Positions 38,500-51,545 of a stretch of 64,000 nt of DNA are shown here, one piece after another. The stretch lies in assembly GCA_024679065.1 (NCBI GenBank), contig JAGIQG010000009.1, positions 102,238,001 through 102,302,000 of the forward strand, written 5' to 3'. This DNA comes from Sphyrna mokarran (Eukaryota). The position numbers and the translations under genes were made by a program. A model generated the notes under the pieces. That model was not told the origin of the DNA. It made no database searches and was given only the letters and a program-made list of their open reading frames with translations. Each line of letters starts with the position of its first letter. The stretch's first letter is position 1.

Positions 38500-38705
38500 T
38501 ACAGTAGAGGAGTCCATTCAGCCTATTGAATCAGCACTGACATTCCAAAAGAGCATCTTACCTAGACCCACACCCCCTCACCCATCCCAACTCCATCCCT
38601 GCAATCCTGTGCACTTACCATGACTAAACTTGCTAACCTACACGTCTTTAGACTGTGAGTGAAAAACGGGATACCTGGGGGAAACCCATGCAGGCATGGG
38701 GAGGA
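38500..38705 (-). mobile_element. HE1-like V-SINE fragment
   Basis: tagaattcctacagtagagg...gactgtgag...gaaacccatgcag. Confidence 0.65.
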
Positions 38706-38714
38706 CATAAAAAA

Positions 38715-39350
38715 CATTAAATTCAACTCACTTAAACCGATATCTTATTTCTAATATCAGCAATACATATAGATTACTTAAAACTACCTTTGCTTCCTAA
38801 CAATTTGTAAATCAACCTTCCATTCATCGCCTTTAGAAATTCCTATCTCTGCACCAATGGAAAGTTCAGATTCTATGATATTTTATCAACATCTGCAATC
38901 GTGTCACTTTCATTGACATAATTAACTCAGTGAAGTGATTTATTTGATCACAGTTCTTATACTGCTTTCCATAGTCTTCTCAACTGCATGCTAAGTGCTT
39001 TGTTCCGCATCAACTGCATTTCCATGTGTTAAATTTTTACCTTCAGGCTGTCTATTTATTTTTTGCCAGTACCATTCAGGTTATCTGCAGTAACTACTTG
39101 TGTGCGTGTGACATTTCTGTCATCAGTTTAATTTGAAATTTTGTTGTCTCTATCACTCTGCAGATGCTTATTGCTATCTCCAGTGTGAGATCCCCTTCTC
39201 TCAATAACCCTTCTGTCTGAGAATCATTTGCAAACCTGCAATAAATTCTATCTCATATGAATTCTTCAAGCTCCCCAAATTCACATAATTTAGCTAGTTT
39301 TCCAAGTTTAGTTACGTCCTAACTAATGTTGTCACTGCTTTCTATGCACA
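38715..39350 (-). mobile_element. Gypsy (Mag-like) gag relic
   Basis: KLAKLCEFGELEEFI*DRIY...LLREGDLTLEIAISICRVIE followed by a decayed double knuckle KCS*CGTKH...GKQYKNCDQINHF. Confidence 0.7.
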
Positions 39351-39361
39351 TTAATAATCTG

Positions 39362-40200
39362 TGGGTGGAATTCTCTCAAAAAAATTCTAAGTGTTGAATT
39401 TGCGGGAAAACTAGAGTAATTCATGCTCTTTCTTTCAGTGGGAGTTCAGACTTGAATCTCCCACACTCTGTGCAATGCAGAGGCCACCAGCATGAATATC
39501 ATTAGATTTCTGTAGGCAGGGCCTAATCACTCCTAAGAGGCTGAAACCAGCAGGTCTCTGCGCATGAACAGTGGCCCCAAGCTGTCAATCTCCCACTTCT
39601 GGTCAGTGCATTGCTGGTCAGCCCTATGACTCACACAATGCTGCACTCTCAATGCCCCCCCAACCCCGACAACGCAATCACAGCCTCCTGACAATTCCCT
39701 TGTCAGCCTCGACACCACCCCTCTCCTTTCCATCTCCATCCCTGAGCACTCCAGTCTCCAACCGTGACCTCCCACCTCCCATAATGCCAATCCCGCCCCC
39801 CCCCCATTCCCGCACAGTGCAGTCAGTCCTGCAGGCAGACTGCTGCCAACCACCTCGCCTCCCGCCACCCATTCCCAACCAACAGACCACCCTCCCAACA
39901 GACCCTCCCACCTAGTCAGTCCCGACCACTGGGCTCCCTCCTGCCCCTTTCAATCACAATGGCAGAATGGCATTGGACTCTCCACTCCCATCGAGATTCC
40001 CCTAGACCCTGCCCTCCATATGCCCTGCCCCATTGGCATTGCCTGATAGCTGGTAGGCAGTGCCAAGATGCCTCTGTGCATGGACACTTTAAACCCTTGG
40101 GCAGTGCCACAAAGTGCAGGTTGGCACTGCCAATGCAGCCATGCCCTAAAGGGATGCATCCTCCTACCGCCACCCACCCACCCCACTTCCCCCTGAAGGC
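39362..40200. mobile_element. GC-rich Harbinger-like non-autonomous element
   Basis: Terminus gggtggaattctctcaaaaaaattctaagtg; C-rich body with ggcagtgcc repeats. Confidence 0.5.
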
Positions 40201-41129
40201 CAACATCCCATTTGCCTTCTCCATTTGCCTGCTGCTTCTGTATGCTTAGCTTCAGCCACTGGTGTATGAGGACACCCAGGCCAGGTTGCACATTCATGTC
40301 TTCATCACTCGCTCAGTGATTTTTATCTCTTTTTAACTGATCAATCTTCTCTTGGTACTCAAAATACAGACCCAACTTTCCTGACACACATCAAGAATCG
40401 ATTCTGAGAAATTCCATACTCTCGACCTGGGTTTTTTGGAACATTTGGAAGATTGGTTGTGTGACAACAGCAGGTGAGTGGGAAACCCAGGCTCATGTTT
40501 ATTGCCCTCGTCTTTTTGTTGTGTTTCGACATTTTCTGTTTTTGGTATTTCTGCCAGTGCCAGTGCCAGATACCCAGGTGGTGATACTGCCCTTGTAAAA
40601 CTTTACTGATCTTTGTACAGTTCAACACCACCACCTTCTGGCTAAAATTGGCACTGCAATGATAGTGAAAACACTGGTAGAAATTTCAATTTAGTCATCG
40701 ATCACAAGCAGACATTTGGGGGATCAGATATCCCTTGAATATATAGTATGGTGAAAGCTCAGTTGGTTAAACGGAAGTGGTACAATTTCAATGTCATCAC
40801 ACCTCCTAAGCTTTGCCTGCCTTCCAGTCTATGTTCTAAGAGTGATTCTCAACCAGTGTGCCGCGAATAAAGATTCAAAATGCATGTTATCGGATTAAAA
40901 CTTACTTTCATCTTCAGCTCTGTGGTTATCAACTCCAAGAATCGATGAACCACAGGCCTCCCGTGCATGAGCAGATTAGATTTGTTGCATTTGTCAGGCC
41001 CATGTGCATGAGAACCAGAACTTGGAGCTGAAGACACAGGCCCCATGTACCTACACAAAAACTCAAAAAGATGATGAATATCGTGGGGGAAGTGAAAGCG
41101 AAAGAGACAGGGAGAGGTTAAAAAACACA

Positions 41130-41730
41130 AACGAGCAGACAAGAGCTGGCAAATCATGTTGCGGCTATATAAAACCTTGGTTAGACTGCATTTGGAGTAT
41201 TGCATGCAGTTCTAGTCACTACACTACCAAGAGGATGTGGAAGCTTTGGACTGAGTGTAAAGAAGGTTTACCAGGATGTTGCCTGGTCTTGAGAGTGTTG
41301 AATATCAGGAGAGGCGGAATAAACTAGGATTGTTTTCACTGGAAAGACAGACGCTGAGGGGAGGCCTGATAGAGGTCTACAAAATCATGAGAGACATAGA
41401 CAGGGTGAATAGTCAGAGGCTTTTCCCAGTGTCAATTATAAGGAGGCACAGGCTCAAGGTGAGAGAGGGAAAGTTTAAGGGGGATGTGTGAGGGAAGCTT
41501 TTCATGCACAAAATTGTGGGTACCTGGGAGGGGCTGCAAGAGGAGGTGGTGTGAGCAGGCACATTAGCAACATTTAAGTGGCATCCAGATGGGTATTTGA
41601 ATAGGGAGGAAATAGAGGGATACGGACTGAGTAAGGGCAGAATGTTTTTTTCCGTTTAGCTAGGGCATCATGATCAGCACAGGCTTGGTGGGCCGAATGG
41701 CCTGTTCATGTGCTGTACTTTTCTTCTTTG
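41130..41730 (+). mobile_element. CR1 3' fragment
   Basis: LPGLESVEYQERRNKLGLFSLE...GLIEVYKIM; CR1 tail gggccgaatggcctgttc. Confidence 0.85.
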
Positions 41731-42434
41731 TTAATAATGAAATTCCCAGTAAGGAAAGGAAACAGAGGAAATAGGAGGTATCTTCAAATGTTTTTAATAG
41801 TATAAAGTTGTACCATGATATATAAATGCTTGGGAACTACTGGTATAAAGCAGCCTGCATATGTGAATTTGTCACATCAATTAACCCAAACAACAGAAAG
41901 GAGATGGTTTGGAGCAGGGTAGAGCAGGTTAGGTAATAAATTTATCAATCATTCAGCAAGTAATACGGATGAAGCTGTAAGCACTATGCATTCTGCTTCT
42001 TTAGGCTGGAGCGATGATTTTTCAGAATCTTTTCCCTCTGTTGGCTGCTAGCCCACTAAAATGTTTTTGGAGGTTTTCTGGTGAATTCCTGTCAGTGAGG
42101 CAGAAAGGGTAAGTGATTTTTTTTTCCTCATTCTTTTCTTTCTGTCCTCAATGCAAGTCATCATCATTCTCTTGCAGAATCCAGCCAGTGCCTTCAGCAC
42201 TCTGTTCTTGAAGCTGGACAACAGCTGAGGAGTGTACTGCTGGCACCACTTAACTGGTCAGCTGTTAGTCAACATACTGGGAGACCTTGGCACTGTGATG
42301 GCCTAGAGGTAGTAATATTCTGGGGATCCAGCTTCAAATCTAACCACAGGGGCCTGTGTCTTCAGGTCCAAGTTCTGGTTCTCATGCACATAGACCTGAC
42401 AAATGCAACAAATCTAAACTGCTCATGCATGGGA

Positions 42435-42593
42435 GAAACTCAGTAAGAGGTCTGACAACACCAATTTTAAATCCAACTGATTTATTTGATAGTAAACTAG
42501 CAAGTTTACTATCAAATAAATTGGTTGGATTTAAAATTGGTGTTGTCAGACCTCTCACTGAGTTTACCCCAGTCCAAAGCCGGCATTTCTACA
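42435..42593. mobile_element. Penelope-derived hairpin insertion with 12-bp TSD
   Basis: TSD tcatgcatggga at 42423-42434 and 42594-42605; ~63-bp inverted arms; the empty site is visible in the left arm (~40959-40970). Confidence 0.9.
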
Positions 42594-43148
42594 TCATGCA
42601 TGGGAAGCCTGTGGTTCATTGATTCTTGGAGTTGATAACCACAGAGCTGAAGATGAAAGTAAGTTTTAATCCGATAACATGCATTTTGAATCTTTATTCG
42701 CGGCACACTGGTTGAGAATCACTCTTAGAACACAGACTGGAAGGCAGGCAAAGCTTAGGAGGTGTAATGACATTGAAATTGTACCACTCCCATTTAATTG
42801 AGCTTTCACCATACTATATATTAAAGGGATATCTGGTCCCCCAAATGTCTGCTTGTGATCGATGATTAAATTGAAATTTCTACCAGTGTTTTCACTATCA
42901 TCGCAGTGCCAATTTTAGCCAGAAGGTGGTGGTGTTGAACTGTACAAAGATCAATAAAGTTTTACAAGGGCAGTATCACCACCTGGGTATCTGGCACTGG
43001 CACTGGCAGAAATACCAAAAACAGAAAATGTCGAAACATAACAGAAAGAGGAGGACAATGTGCAAAAGATGCATATTCTGACTCCAACCTGCAGGGGGAG
43101 AGTGTGGGGCCTAAGTTTGCTGGAAAACTGGCTGTGCTCACTGTAGAG

Positions 43149-43470
43149 GATGTGGAGATGCCGGCATTGGACTGGGGTAAACACAGTAAGAAGTCTCACG
43201 ACATCAGGTTAAAGTCCAACAAGTTTATCTGACAGTAAACCCACAAGCTTTTGGAAACACTGTTCCTTCGCCAGCTATTCAGCTAGCACAGATTAGCTGT
43301 AAAGACTTGCATTCTAATCAGTGTTCTGTAAACTGTGTGTGCCTTTTTATGTCCTTCTCTGATCAGAATTTTCCAGAAACCTGACGAAGGAACTGCGTTT
43401 CCGAAAGCTTGTGGCTTTACTATCAAATAAACTTGTTGGACTTTAACCTGGTGTTGTAAGACTTCTCACC
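43149..43470. mobile_element. Penelope-like fold-back element with hammerhead motif (43378-43413)
   Basis: CTGACGA-a-GGAA-ctgcgt-TTCC-GAAAGCTT-gtg; inverted termini. Confidence 0.8.
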
Positions 43471-44134
43471 GTACAGAACAGAGAGATCTGTCAGTCACCA
43501 CCCCTCTAGCACCCCCCCCCCCCCCCCCACACTCCCCACAACATCCACTCCCCACCCTGCTTTCCGCATCCCAGATATTGCATCCCCTCCCCCGGTCACT
43601 GATTTCTCCAGCCAATCACTCCCCTGGATATCACCCCTCAACCAATCCCAGCCCATCACACCACCCAGCCCATTCCATTTCCCTTCCTATTTATTTGTAG
43701 CACCCGTATGCTAACTTTTTTCTCATTTGGGTACTAGAATATCCAGTTCCCTCTGCACTACAGGGTTGTGCAGATTCCCTACATTTAACTAATGGATTGC
43801 TTTTCTATACTTCCTACAAAAGTGGGAAAATTTACATTTTCCCACATTATACACTATCCGCCAAATTGATGCTCACTGAATTCATTTACATAAATTTCTT
43901 TGGGTTGGATTGCCAGAGTCACTCACTTAGTGGGCAGGATGGGAAGATTTAGAGTGTCTGAAGGTTAAATTTTCACCAGCATAAAAGACGCATTGACTGC
44001 CCCAGTCAAATGCCAGCCCATCTAATTGCCAGTTGCAGAGTGCGCAGTTTCCCATCCCCCCCACCCCAACCCCAATTGATCCCTGGTTGCAGAATGAGAA
44101 GTTCCCCTCACTTGCCTCCCCTTAGGCCCTGCTG

Positions 44135-44885
44135 CCTTGGCACTGTGATGGCCTAGAGGTAGTAATATTCTGGGGACCCAACTTCAAATCTAACCACAGG
44201 AGCTAGTGGAATTTGAATTCAATAAAAAAAATCTGAAATTAACAATCTACTGACAACCATTAAACCATTGTTGATTGTCAGAAAAACATACTTGCTCCAC
44301 TAAAATTCTTTAGGGAAGCAAATCTGTCATTTTTATCTGGTCTGGTCTATATGTGACTCCAGAGCCACAGCAATGTGGTTGACTCAATTACCTCAGGCAA
44401 CTAGGGTTGGCCGATAAATGTTGGCCAGCCAGTGATGCCCATGTCCCACAAATGAATAAAAAGAACTGCCAAGAGCCCGCTTGGGCACTGGCCCCCTTGT
44501 CCCCAGCCTCCTGGTGGCAGTGAGGGGTGGGGAGCAGTTTCAATGACCTCAGGTCGAAGAAACTATAGAGCATTACAGTGCAAAAGGAGACCATTCGGTC
44601 CATCAAGTTTGCACTAACAACAATCCCACCCAGGCCCTATCCCCACAACCCCGTTTATCCCTCTAAACTACACATCCCAAAACACTAATGAGCAATTTCA
44701 CATCAGCAATCAACCTAACCCACACATCCCTGGACTGTGGGAGGAAAACAGAGCACCCAGAGGAAATGCACGCAGACTCAGAGAGAATGTGCAAACTCCT
44801 TACAGACGGTGATCCAAGCAGGCAATCAAACCCAGATCCATGGAGCTGTGAGACAGCAGTGCTAACCACTGTGCAACCCTGCAGC
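44135..44885. mobile_element. SINE (+, ~44135-44465) and HE1 V-SINE (-, ~44560-44885)
   Basis: tRNA-like head and tail ataaatgttggccagccagtgatgcccatgtccca; reverse V-domain. Confidence 0.75.
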
Positions 44886-44889
44886 CCAG

Positions 44890-46600
44890 CAAAGTCCTAC
44901 TGGTAAGACCACCAACTCAAGTCCCCAGTGATAGGTACGTGATCCTCGCTGGTGAGGAACTTCACCAGGCAATTGCATCCCGGGCTCACTAATAATATTA
45001 CAGTCAGCAGTTAAATTGATTTAGAATTAGGTTTGCCCCAGATTCTGGGACTGGTGCAATCAAGAGAGTCCAGATTCCAGGCACAAACTACTACACACAA
45101 TGTTCACACTCTGTCAATTTTATTGACAGTTAGGAGTTTCTTACTGGTAGGTAGGATGGAGCCTAAGCTCACCAGGGAAGCTGGCTGCAAACTGCTAGGC
45201 ATGCACCCTGACCTCCCCTATATTGCGTACACACTATATAGGAGACTGGTCAATCCTACACCCCCACCATGGACATCATGCCCCCATCTCACCATGGACA
45301 ACACTCCCCAGTTGCCACACCCCCACATACCAACACCCAACCGTTACCCATCACATGAACCTCCCAATCACTATCTTCCCAGAGGACACCACCCAATGCA
45401 CCTTCCCCCCACATAAGAACATAAGAAACAGGAGCAGGAGCGGGCCATCTAGCCCTTCGAGCTTGCACCACCATTCAATAAGATCATGGCTGATCTGAAG
45501 TCGATCAGTTCCACTTGCACGCTTTCTCCCCATAACTCTTAATTCCCTTATTTATCAGAAACCTATCTACCTGTAACTTAAATATATTCAGCGAGGTAGC
45601 CTCCACCACTTCAACTGGCAGAGAATTCCAAAGATTCACCACCCTTTGATTGAAGGGTGTGTGAAGAAGTTCCTCCTCAACTCCAACCTAATCTGTCCCC
45701 CCCTTATTTTGAGGCTGTGCCCTCTAGTCCTGCTACCCTTTCTAAGTGGGAAGAATCTCTCAATCTCTACCATATCCATCCCCTTCAATATCTTATATGT
45801 CACTACAAGATTCCCCTTCAACTTTCTAAACTCCAAACAGGTCCACAGCCCCCTCACTCCACTCACTAGCCAAATTACTACCCACTGATCACTAGCCTCC
45901 TGATCGCTAGCCTGAAACCAGGTCGCTGGCCCCAACACCTGACTGCCGACCTGACCCCAGATTGGTGGCCCCAAAGCTGGTAGCCAGCCACACCGCCAAA
46001 TCCCCCCTCCCAATGCAGAGTTTCCTCCTCTTCCCTACCAAAATACTGACCTCTCCACTGCCCACTCCTATCTGCTTCCACTCCATCTGAACCCACCTCT
46101 TGAGATCCTGACCCCTCACGTGCCACCTCAGGCTGTGTCCCCTCCTTACTGCCTGGTAGTGGTGGAGAGTGCCAGGGTGCCAGGCTGACACCTCCAGGGT
46201 CCCAGGCTGGCAGTGCCAGACTGGAACTGCTCAAGGGACATTGACACTCTATATCCAAACAACTGTGGCCACAATGACCTTGAGTCCCATCAGAGGGGCC
46301 ATCACGTCAGGTCCCTCTATTAGTGGGGACCATCTGTGATCCTTAGCGGTGAGGCTGGAGAGCCAAGTGAGCCTGGACTGACTAGTCAGCATTCTGGGCT
46401 GACTAATCAGATTGAAATCAGTATATCAATATTTAAATCAGACTCGTGCCCTTCCTGAATGCAGAGCTGATTACGTCAGTAAAAATGGCCTGGGAGGATT
46501 GCGAAAGGCCTGACACCATGCGTGACTCTGGTTTTTAGCCTCCTGCTAAAATTTCCTGTCGAGCTACGTCATTCGATCATACAGCAAGGCGGAAAGATCA
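44890..46600. mobile_element. GC-rich DNA-transposon-like remnant with a nested CR1 3' fragment (45411-45838, -)
   Basis: CR1 tail cataagaacataagaaac; flanks share ggcagtgcca motifs with the other GC-rich elements. Confidence 0.55.
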
Positions 46601-47399
46601 CATTCACGAACTGTTAAACACGTACACATTTATATAGAAATTATCTCTTGTTACGAAATAGATATCTTTGATCCCTGAATACCTTAAGACCTTCCTCTTC
46701 CAAACAACATTCAAATTACATAAATCAATATATCAAATGTAGTTTATACTTACCACACAACACAAAACGAACAATGAATCTAGACAATGTATTTTCCTGG
46801 TCCAGCAAAGATATTTACACTACCTTTGCAAAAGTTGCTGGTTCTAAGACCTGATAGATGTTAAGTCTCATAGATAGATAGATGTTAAGGTATATAATTC
46901 AGTCTCTGAGCTATATACCAGCCTTACTAGCTCTGAAGTGTTACAATGCCTTCTTGCCTGTTAAATGTTAAACTGACCTGTCGGCTGTAAGATGTTAAAC
47001 TAATCTGAATTCTTCTGTAGGCCCTAGCAATTATACCTCTGTCTCCTCTGTGATTTGGTTATTTGAGCTATCTGCATCTTGGTAAGCTATTTGCCAATGA
47101 TAGCTTTTTACACCTTATTCAATCTGCTATCATTGGCAACCAACTTACCTAGATAATGAAAAGGTCAGTGGAGCTATACAAATGATAATTTCAAGGGTCA
47201 CAGAACATGATAGATGCAGACAGCTCAAATAATCAAAGGGGAATATCACATAGTAGCCAAATTGCAATGCAATTTTTCATCTGCCAGTAACTTTACTGGG
47301 AAAAGTTGTATTTTATCATCCCATTTCAATGCTGGCTACTGGTGTTGCTTGGCAGATCCATGACACCGCTATTCTAGGGGTGTGTACATTGCACCCCTT

Positions 47400-47810
47400 T
47401 GAATGTGTCCATTTGTTACCCTCAGATGAAGCAGTAAATACTTCAAGTGATTGCCACAGCACACAAGTGAAGACTGGGACAGATCTGTGCCACATACAGC
47501 AACAGCAAGAGTGCCTCACAGATGATGACGAGGTTCTTACCTGCAATGGAGCATACTCAGTTTTTGGTTCGTTATACCTACTTGCTCCTTCCAGTTTTTA
47601 ACACATGCGCTCTGAACCGTAGACCAGTCTTTTCAGATCATCTGACCTGACAGTGAAGAAAACAAGAGATGGGTTCACTCAATTCCCAAAGAAGATGGCC
47701 TCACTTTTGCCATGATTTACCTTGGCATTTGAGGCCAGTTCGAACTGATCATAGTTGTAATCAATCTGCTCACCAATTCACCACTTATGAAAAAGGTACT
47801 GCAATAATCA
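47400..47810 (-). mobile_element. Tx1-like (L1 clade) ORF2 relic
   Basis: YDQFELASNAKVNHGKSEAIFFGN...FTVRSD and SIAGKNLVIICEALLLLLYVAQ across frameshifts. Confidence 0.75.
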
Positions 47811-48304
47811 TGGATGATTACAAATGATTGGACAGATCAGGACAGCAAAGATAGCTCGGAAGATGAGTTTGTAGAATATTCTCTGGAAAGCTTTTGAGAG
47901 CAACCAAGGAGCAGGCTATTCTGAATCTACTATTGTACAATGAGCCAGGATTCATTAATGATCTCACAATTAAGTGATCATAATGTGATTGAATTTCTAA
48001 TTCAATTAGAGGGAAAGTAGAGTGAGTCTTAGAATAATATTTTAAACTTAAATAAAGGGAATTACAGTGATATGAAGACAAAAATGGCTGAAGAAAAATT
48101 AGGTTTAGGGTCAGAGCAGCACAAATGCAGTGGCTGACATATAGGCTGATGTTTCAAGGCTTAGCAAAGATTTATTCCAGTGAGAAAGACTCCAAGAGAT
48201 GATGCACCATCTGTGGCTAACTAAGTAAGTGAGAGATTTCTCACTTACTGAAAAAGAAAAATACACAATTCTGTCAAGAATCGTGGAAAGTCAGATAAGT
48301 GGAT

Positions 48305-51300
48305 AGAATAAAGAACAAAGGGCAAAGAACAAAACAGCACGGGAAACAGGCCCTTCGGCTCAACGAGCCCGCGCTGCCACCCCGATGTTCCCACCTCTAT
48401 CTGTGATCCCTGTCTGTGTTTATAGATCTATGGATTAAAAACCAAATTTGAGACAATTTAGGGAGAATTTGTTTTGCAAATTAGCCTAAGAGCATCTCTT
48501 TGGGACGTGGGAGGAAACCGGAGCACCCGGAGAAAACCCACGCAAGCACGGGGAGAATGCGCAAACTCACATAGACACAGGCCCAAATCCATGTATCTGC
48601 ACAGCACAGCGATAGTCACTGAGCTGTCGTGTTGCCCATCAGATGGTCCAGATCAAGTGTACACTAACGACGTGAAGCACTAGGATACTCTCGAAAAAGA
48701 TCCAAGAGCAGTTCTCTCACGACCCATCGCGTGTATGTCCCTCATTAGACAACAAGGTGAACCAAAGCACCTGTAGGATAAAAACAAGTACATCAATATC
48801 ATCATCTATTTACACACTTCCCAGAGACTCCCAAGGCTCATGATACCTATTTTAAATCAGTTTTCTATACCCCTCCATTCCCATTCTGTTCATGTGCCCA
48901 TCTAAGTATTTCTTAAATAACTCCAGAGTACCTGCCTCCACCACTTTACTTGGCAGCGCATTCCATACCCCCACCACCCTCTGTGTGAAAAAACTCCCTC
49001 CAGCATCCAAATTATACCTTACCCCCCTCACCCTAAGCCCGTGACCCCTCGTGTTATTTGAGTCCATCCTAGGAAAAAGCTTAACCCTGTTTACTCTATC
49101 TATCCCCTTCATAATCTTGTACACCTCTATCAGATTTCCTCTAAGTCTATGTCTTTCTAAGGAAAACAGTCCCAATTTGCCTAATCTCTCCTCGTAACTC
49201 AGACCTTCCATACCAGGCAGCGTCCTGGTAAACCTCCTCTGCACTCTCTCCAGAGTCTACATGTCCTTCCGGTAGTAAGGCGACCAGAATTGGACGCAGT
49301 ATTCCAAATGAGGTCTAACCAGCGTTTTATACAACTGCAACATTAAAGGCCAGCTCCTGTACTCTATACCCCTTCATATAAAGGCTAACATACTAGATGA
49401 CAGAACTTGATAAAGCTCTAAAAGATACCAGAAGTGGTAAGGCACCCGGGCAAGACAGTATTCCATCAGATGTGCTGAAACAAGGTGGTCCTGCTCTGAA
49501 AAGTGAACTGCTAAACATTTACAATGCTTGTTGGCAAAACCAGTGCCTCCCTCAGGACTACAAAGATGCGTTGATTGTCACAATCTATAAGAAGAAAGGC
49601 GACCAAAGTGAGTGCAAAAACCACCGAGGCATGGCGCTTCTTTCTGTAGCTGGCAAGATTATGGCGAAGATCCTGCTCAATCGACTCAAAATTATTTCAG
49701 AAAATGTCCTCCCTGAGAGCCAATGTGGCTTTAGGATTGGAAGAGCAACTACAGATATGATTTTTACCTTGACGCAACTCCAGGAGAAGGCGGCAGAACA
49801 GCAACAACCATTGTACATTGCCTTTGTCGATTTTTCATAAGCATTCGATACGGTGGATAGAGAAACCTTCTGGAGAGTGCTCAAAATTTATGGATGTCCA
49901 GATAGACTGCTCAAGATGATCACACTGTTTCATGAGAATATGTATGGCAAAGTAACTATTGAAGGAGATATCAGCGAAGTCTTCAGCATCAACCACGGGG
50001 TAAAGCAGGGATGCGTACTTGCTCCAACTTTGTTCACGCTATATCTTGCTGCAGTATTGGAAACAATGGGCCAAAATCTGGACAAAGGTGTGTACATTAG
50101 GACTCGCTCAGATGGAAAATTGTTCAACCTCTCAAGACTCAAAGCCTCAACCAAGACGAGAAAGATATGTGTCAGAGAACTTCTGTATGCAGATGACTTA
50201 GCCCTCGTTGCCACTGATCCAAATGTGATTCAAGAAATTGTAGACCAATTCTCATCTGCTGCCACTGTTTTTGGCCTAAGAATCAATGCCTCCAAAACTG
50301 AACTCCTGTACCAGCCTCCGCCTCTGTGTAATGAAACCCAATCACCAGTCATAAAGATAAGTGGGCTAGCGCTGAAAAACACTGAGTCCTTCACTTACTT
50401 AGGAAGCGCTGTAACCAGCACCAACTTATCGGACCTGGAAATAGAAAGGAGGATTCAATCAGCAACTAAAGCTTTTGGTGCCTTGCAGAAGCGACTTTGG
50501 TCCCGCCATGACATTAAAATGTCAACCAAGGTCAAAGTGTATAATACAGCCGTTCTACCATCTCTACTTTATTCAACAGAAACGATGACATTGTACCGGA
50601 AGCATATCAAGAAACTAACCAAGATACAACTCAGACACTTGCGACAAATATTAAACATCAATTGGCAAGAGATGGTTCCTGATGTGGAGGTATTTAAATG
50701 AGCTGGAACGGTCAGCGCAGAATCGCTCGTCACAGCCTCTCAGTTGCAGTGGACTGGCCACGTCATAAGAATGAACGACGATCGTTTGCCCAAAGCCGTC
50801 TTCTATGGCGAGCTACATGAAGGAAATAGAAACATGGTGGACAGAAGCAGCGTTACAAAGATGTGCTCAAGCGCCATATGAAGAACACTAACGTGGATGT
50901 CAACACCTGGGAGAAGGATGCTTTGGACAGAAGAAATTGGCAATGCATTGTCAAGAAGACAATCCCACTCATCGAGAAAAAAAGGCAGGAAAAATATGAA
51001 GCAGACCATGAACGTAGACATTTTGTTACAAATCAGACAAATCACAGTTGCAACCCATGTGGGAGACAATGCCGATCCAATGCAAGCCTTATAACACACC
51101 AACGTGCCTGCGGAATCTAAACTTCCAACACAGTCAACATCGAAATCGATGAATGGCCGAAGGGGGAAGGGGAGCATACTATATGCTTTCTTCACAACCT
51201 TCTCACTTGCTCTGCCACCTTCAGAGACTTGTTCACCTGCATCCGCAGGTCCCCCTGCGTTTCTATACTCTTAATAGGTCTACGCTTTAACATATACCTC

Positions 51301-51545
51301 CCCACTACATTCTTTCTCCCGAAATGCATCACCTCACATTTATCAGGATTGAATTCCATCTGCCATCTGTCTGCCCAAGCTACCAGCCTATCTATGTCCT
51401 GCTGCATTGCCTGACAATGCTCCTCACTATCCGCAAGTCCAGCCATCTTTGTATCGTCTGCAAACTTGCTGATCACTCTACTTACTCCCTCTTCCAAGTC
51501 ATTTATATATATTACAAATAGAAGAGGTCCCAGTACCGAGCCCTG
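48305..51545 (-). mobile_element. CR1 with V-SINE-containing 3'UTR (copy 3), split by an RTE insertion
   Basis: ORFs 48852-49244 and 51192-51497 near-identical to copies 1 and 2; 3'UTR 48305-48851. Confidence 0.92.
49396..51174 (+). mobile_element. 5'-truncated RTE-clade LINE (RT plus C-terminal C2H2-like motif) with 7-bp TSD
   Basis: KAPGQD, PESQCGFR, GVKQGCVLAPTLF, RELLYADD, LPSLLYSTET, RLPKAVFYGEL, CNPCGRQCRSNASLITHQRAC; TSD catacta at 49389-49395 and 51175-51181. Confidence 0.93.

Larger units (their letters stand above)
40501..43059. repeat. Inverted duplication: arms 40501-41044 and 42349-43059
   Basis: The arms are reverse complements with only scattered substitutions; the right arm carries an extra Penelope hairpin insertion. 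Confidence 0.95.

Noticed and set aside
39533-40297. Overlapping Pro/Gly-rich ORFs
   Set aside because: Low-complexity GC-rich repeat with few stop codons; no domain or splice support. The same applies to the ORFs at 30209-30699 and 45636-46258.
46745-46850. Possible minus-strand exon ending in gtaagt
   Set aside because: Stops in all frames from the nearest acceptor and no partner exons; could at most be non-coding.
50863-51120. Host zinc-finger gene
   Set aside because: Frameshifted C-terminus of the RTE ORF, inside the TSD-bounded element.
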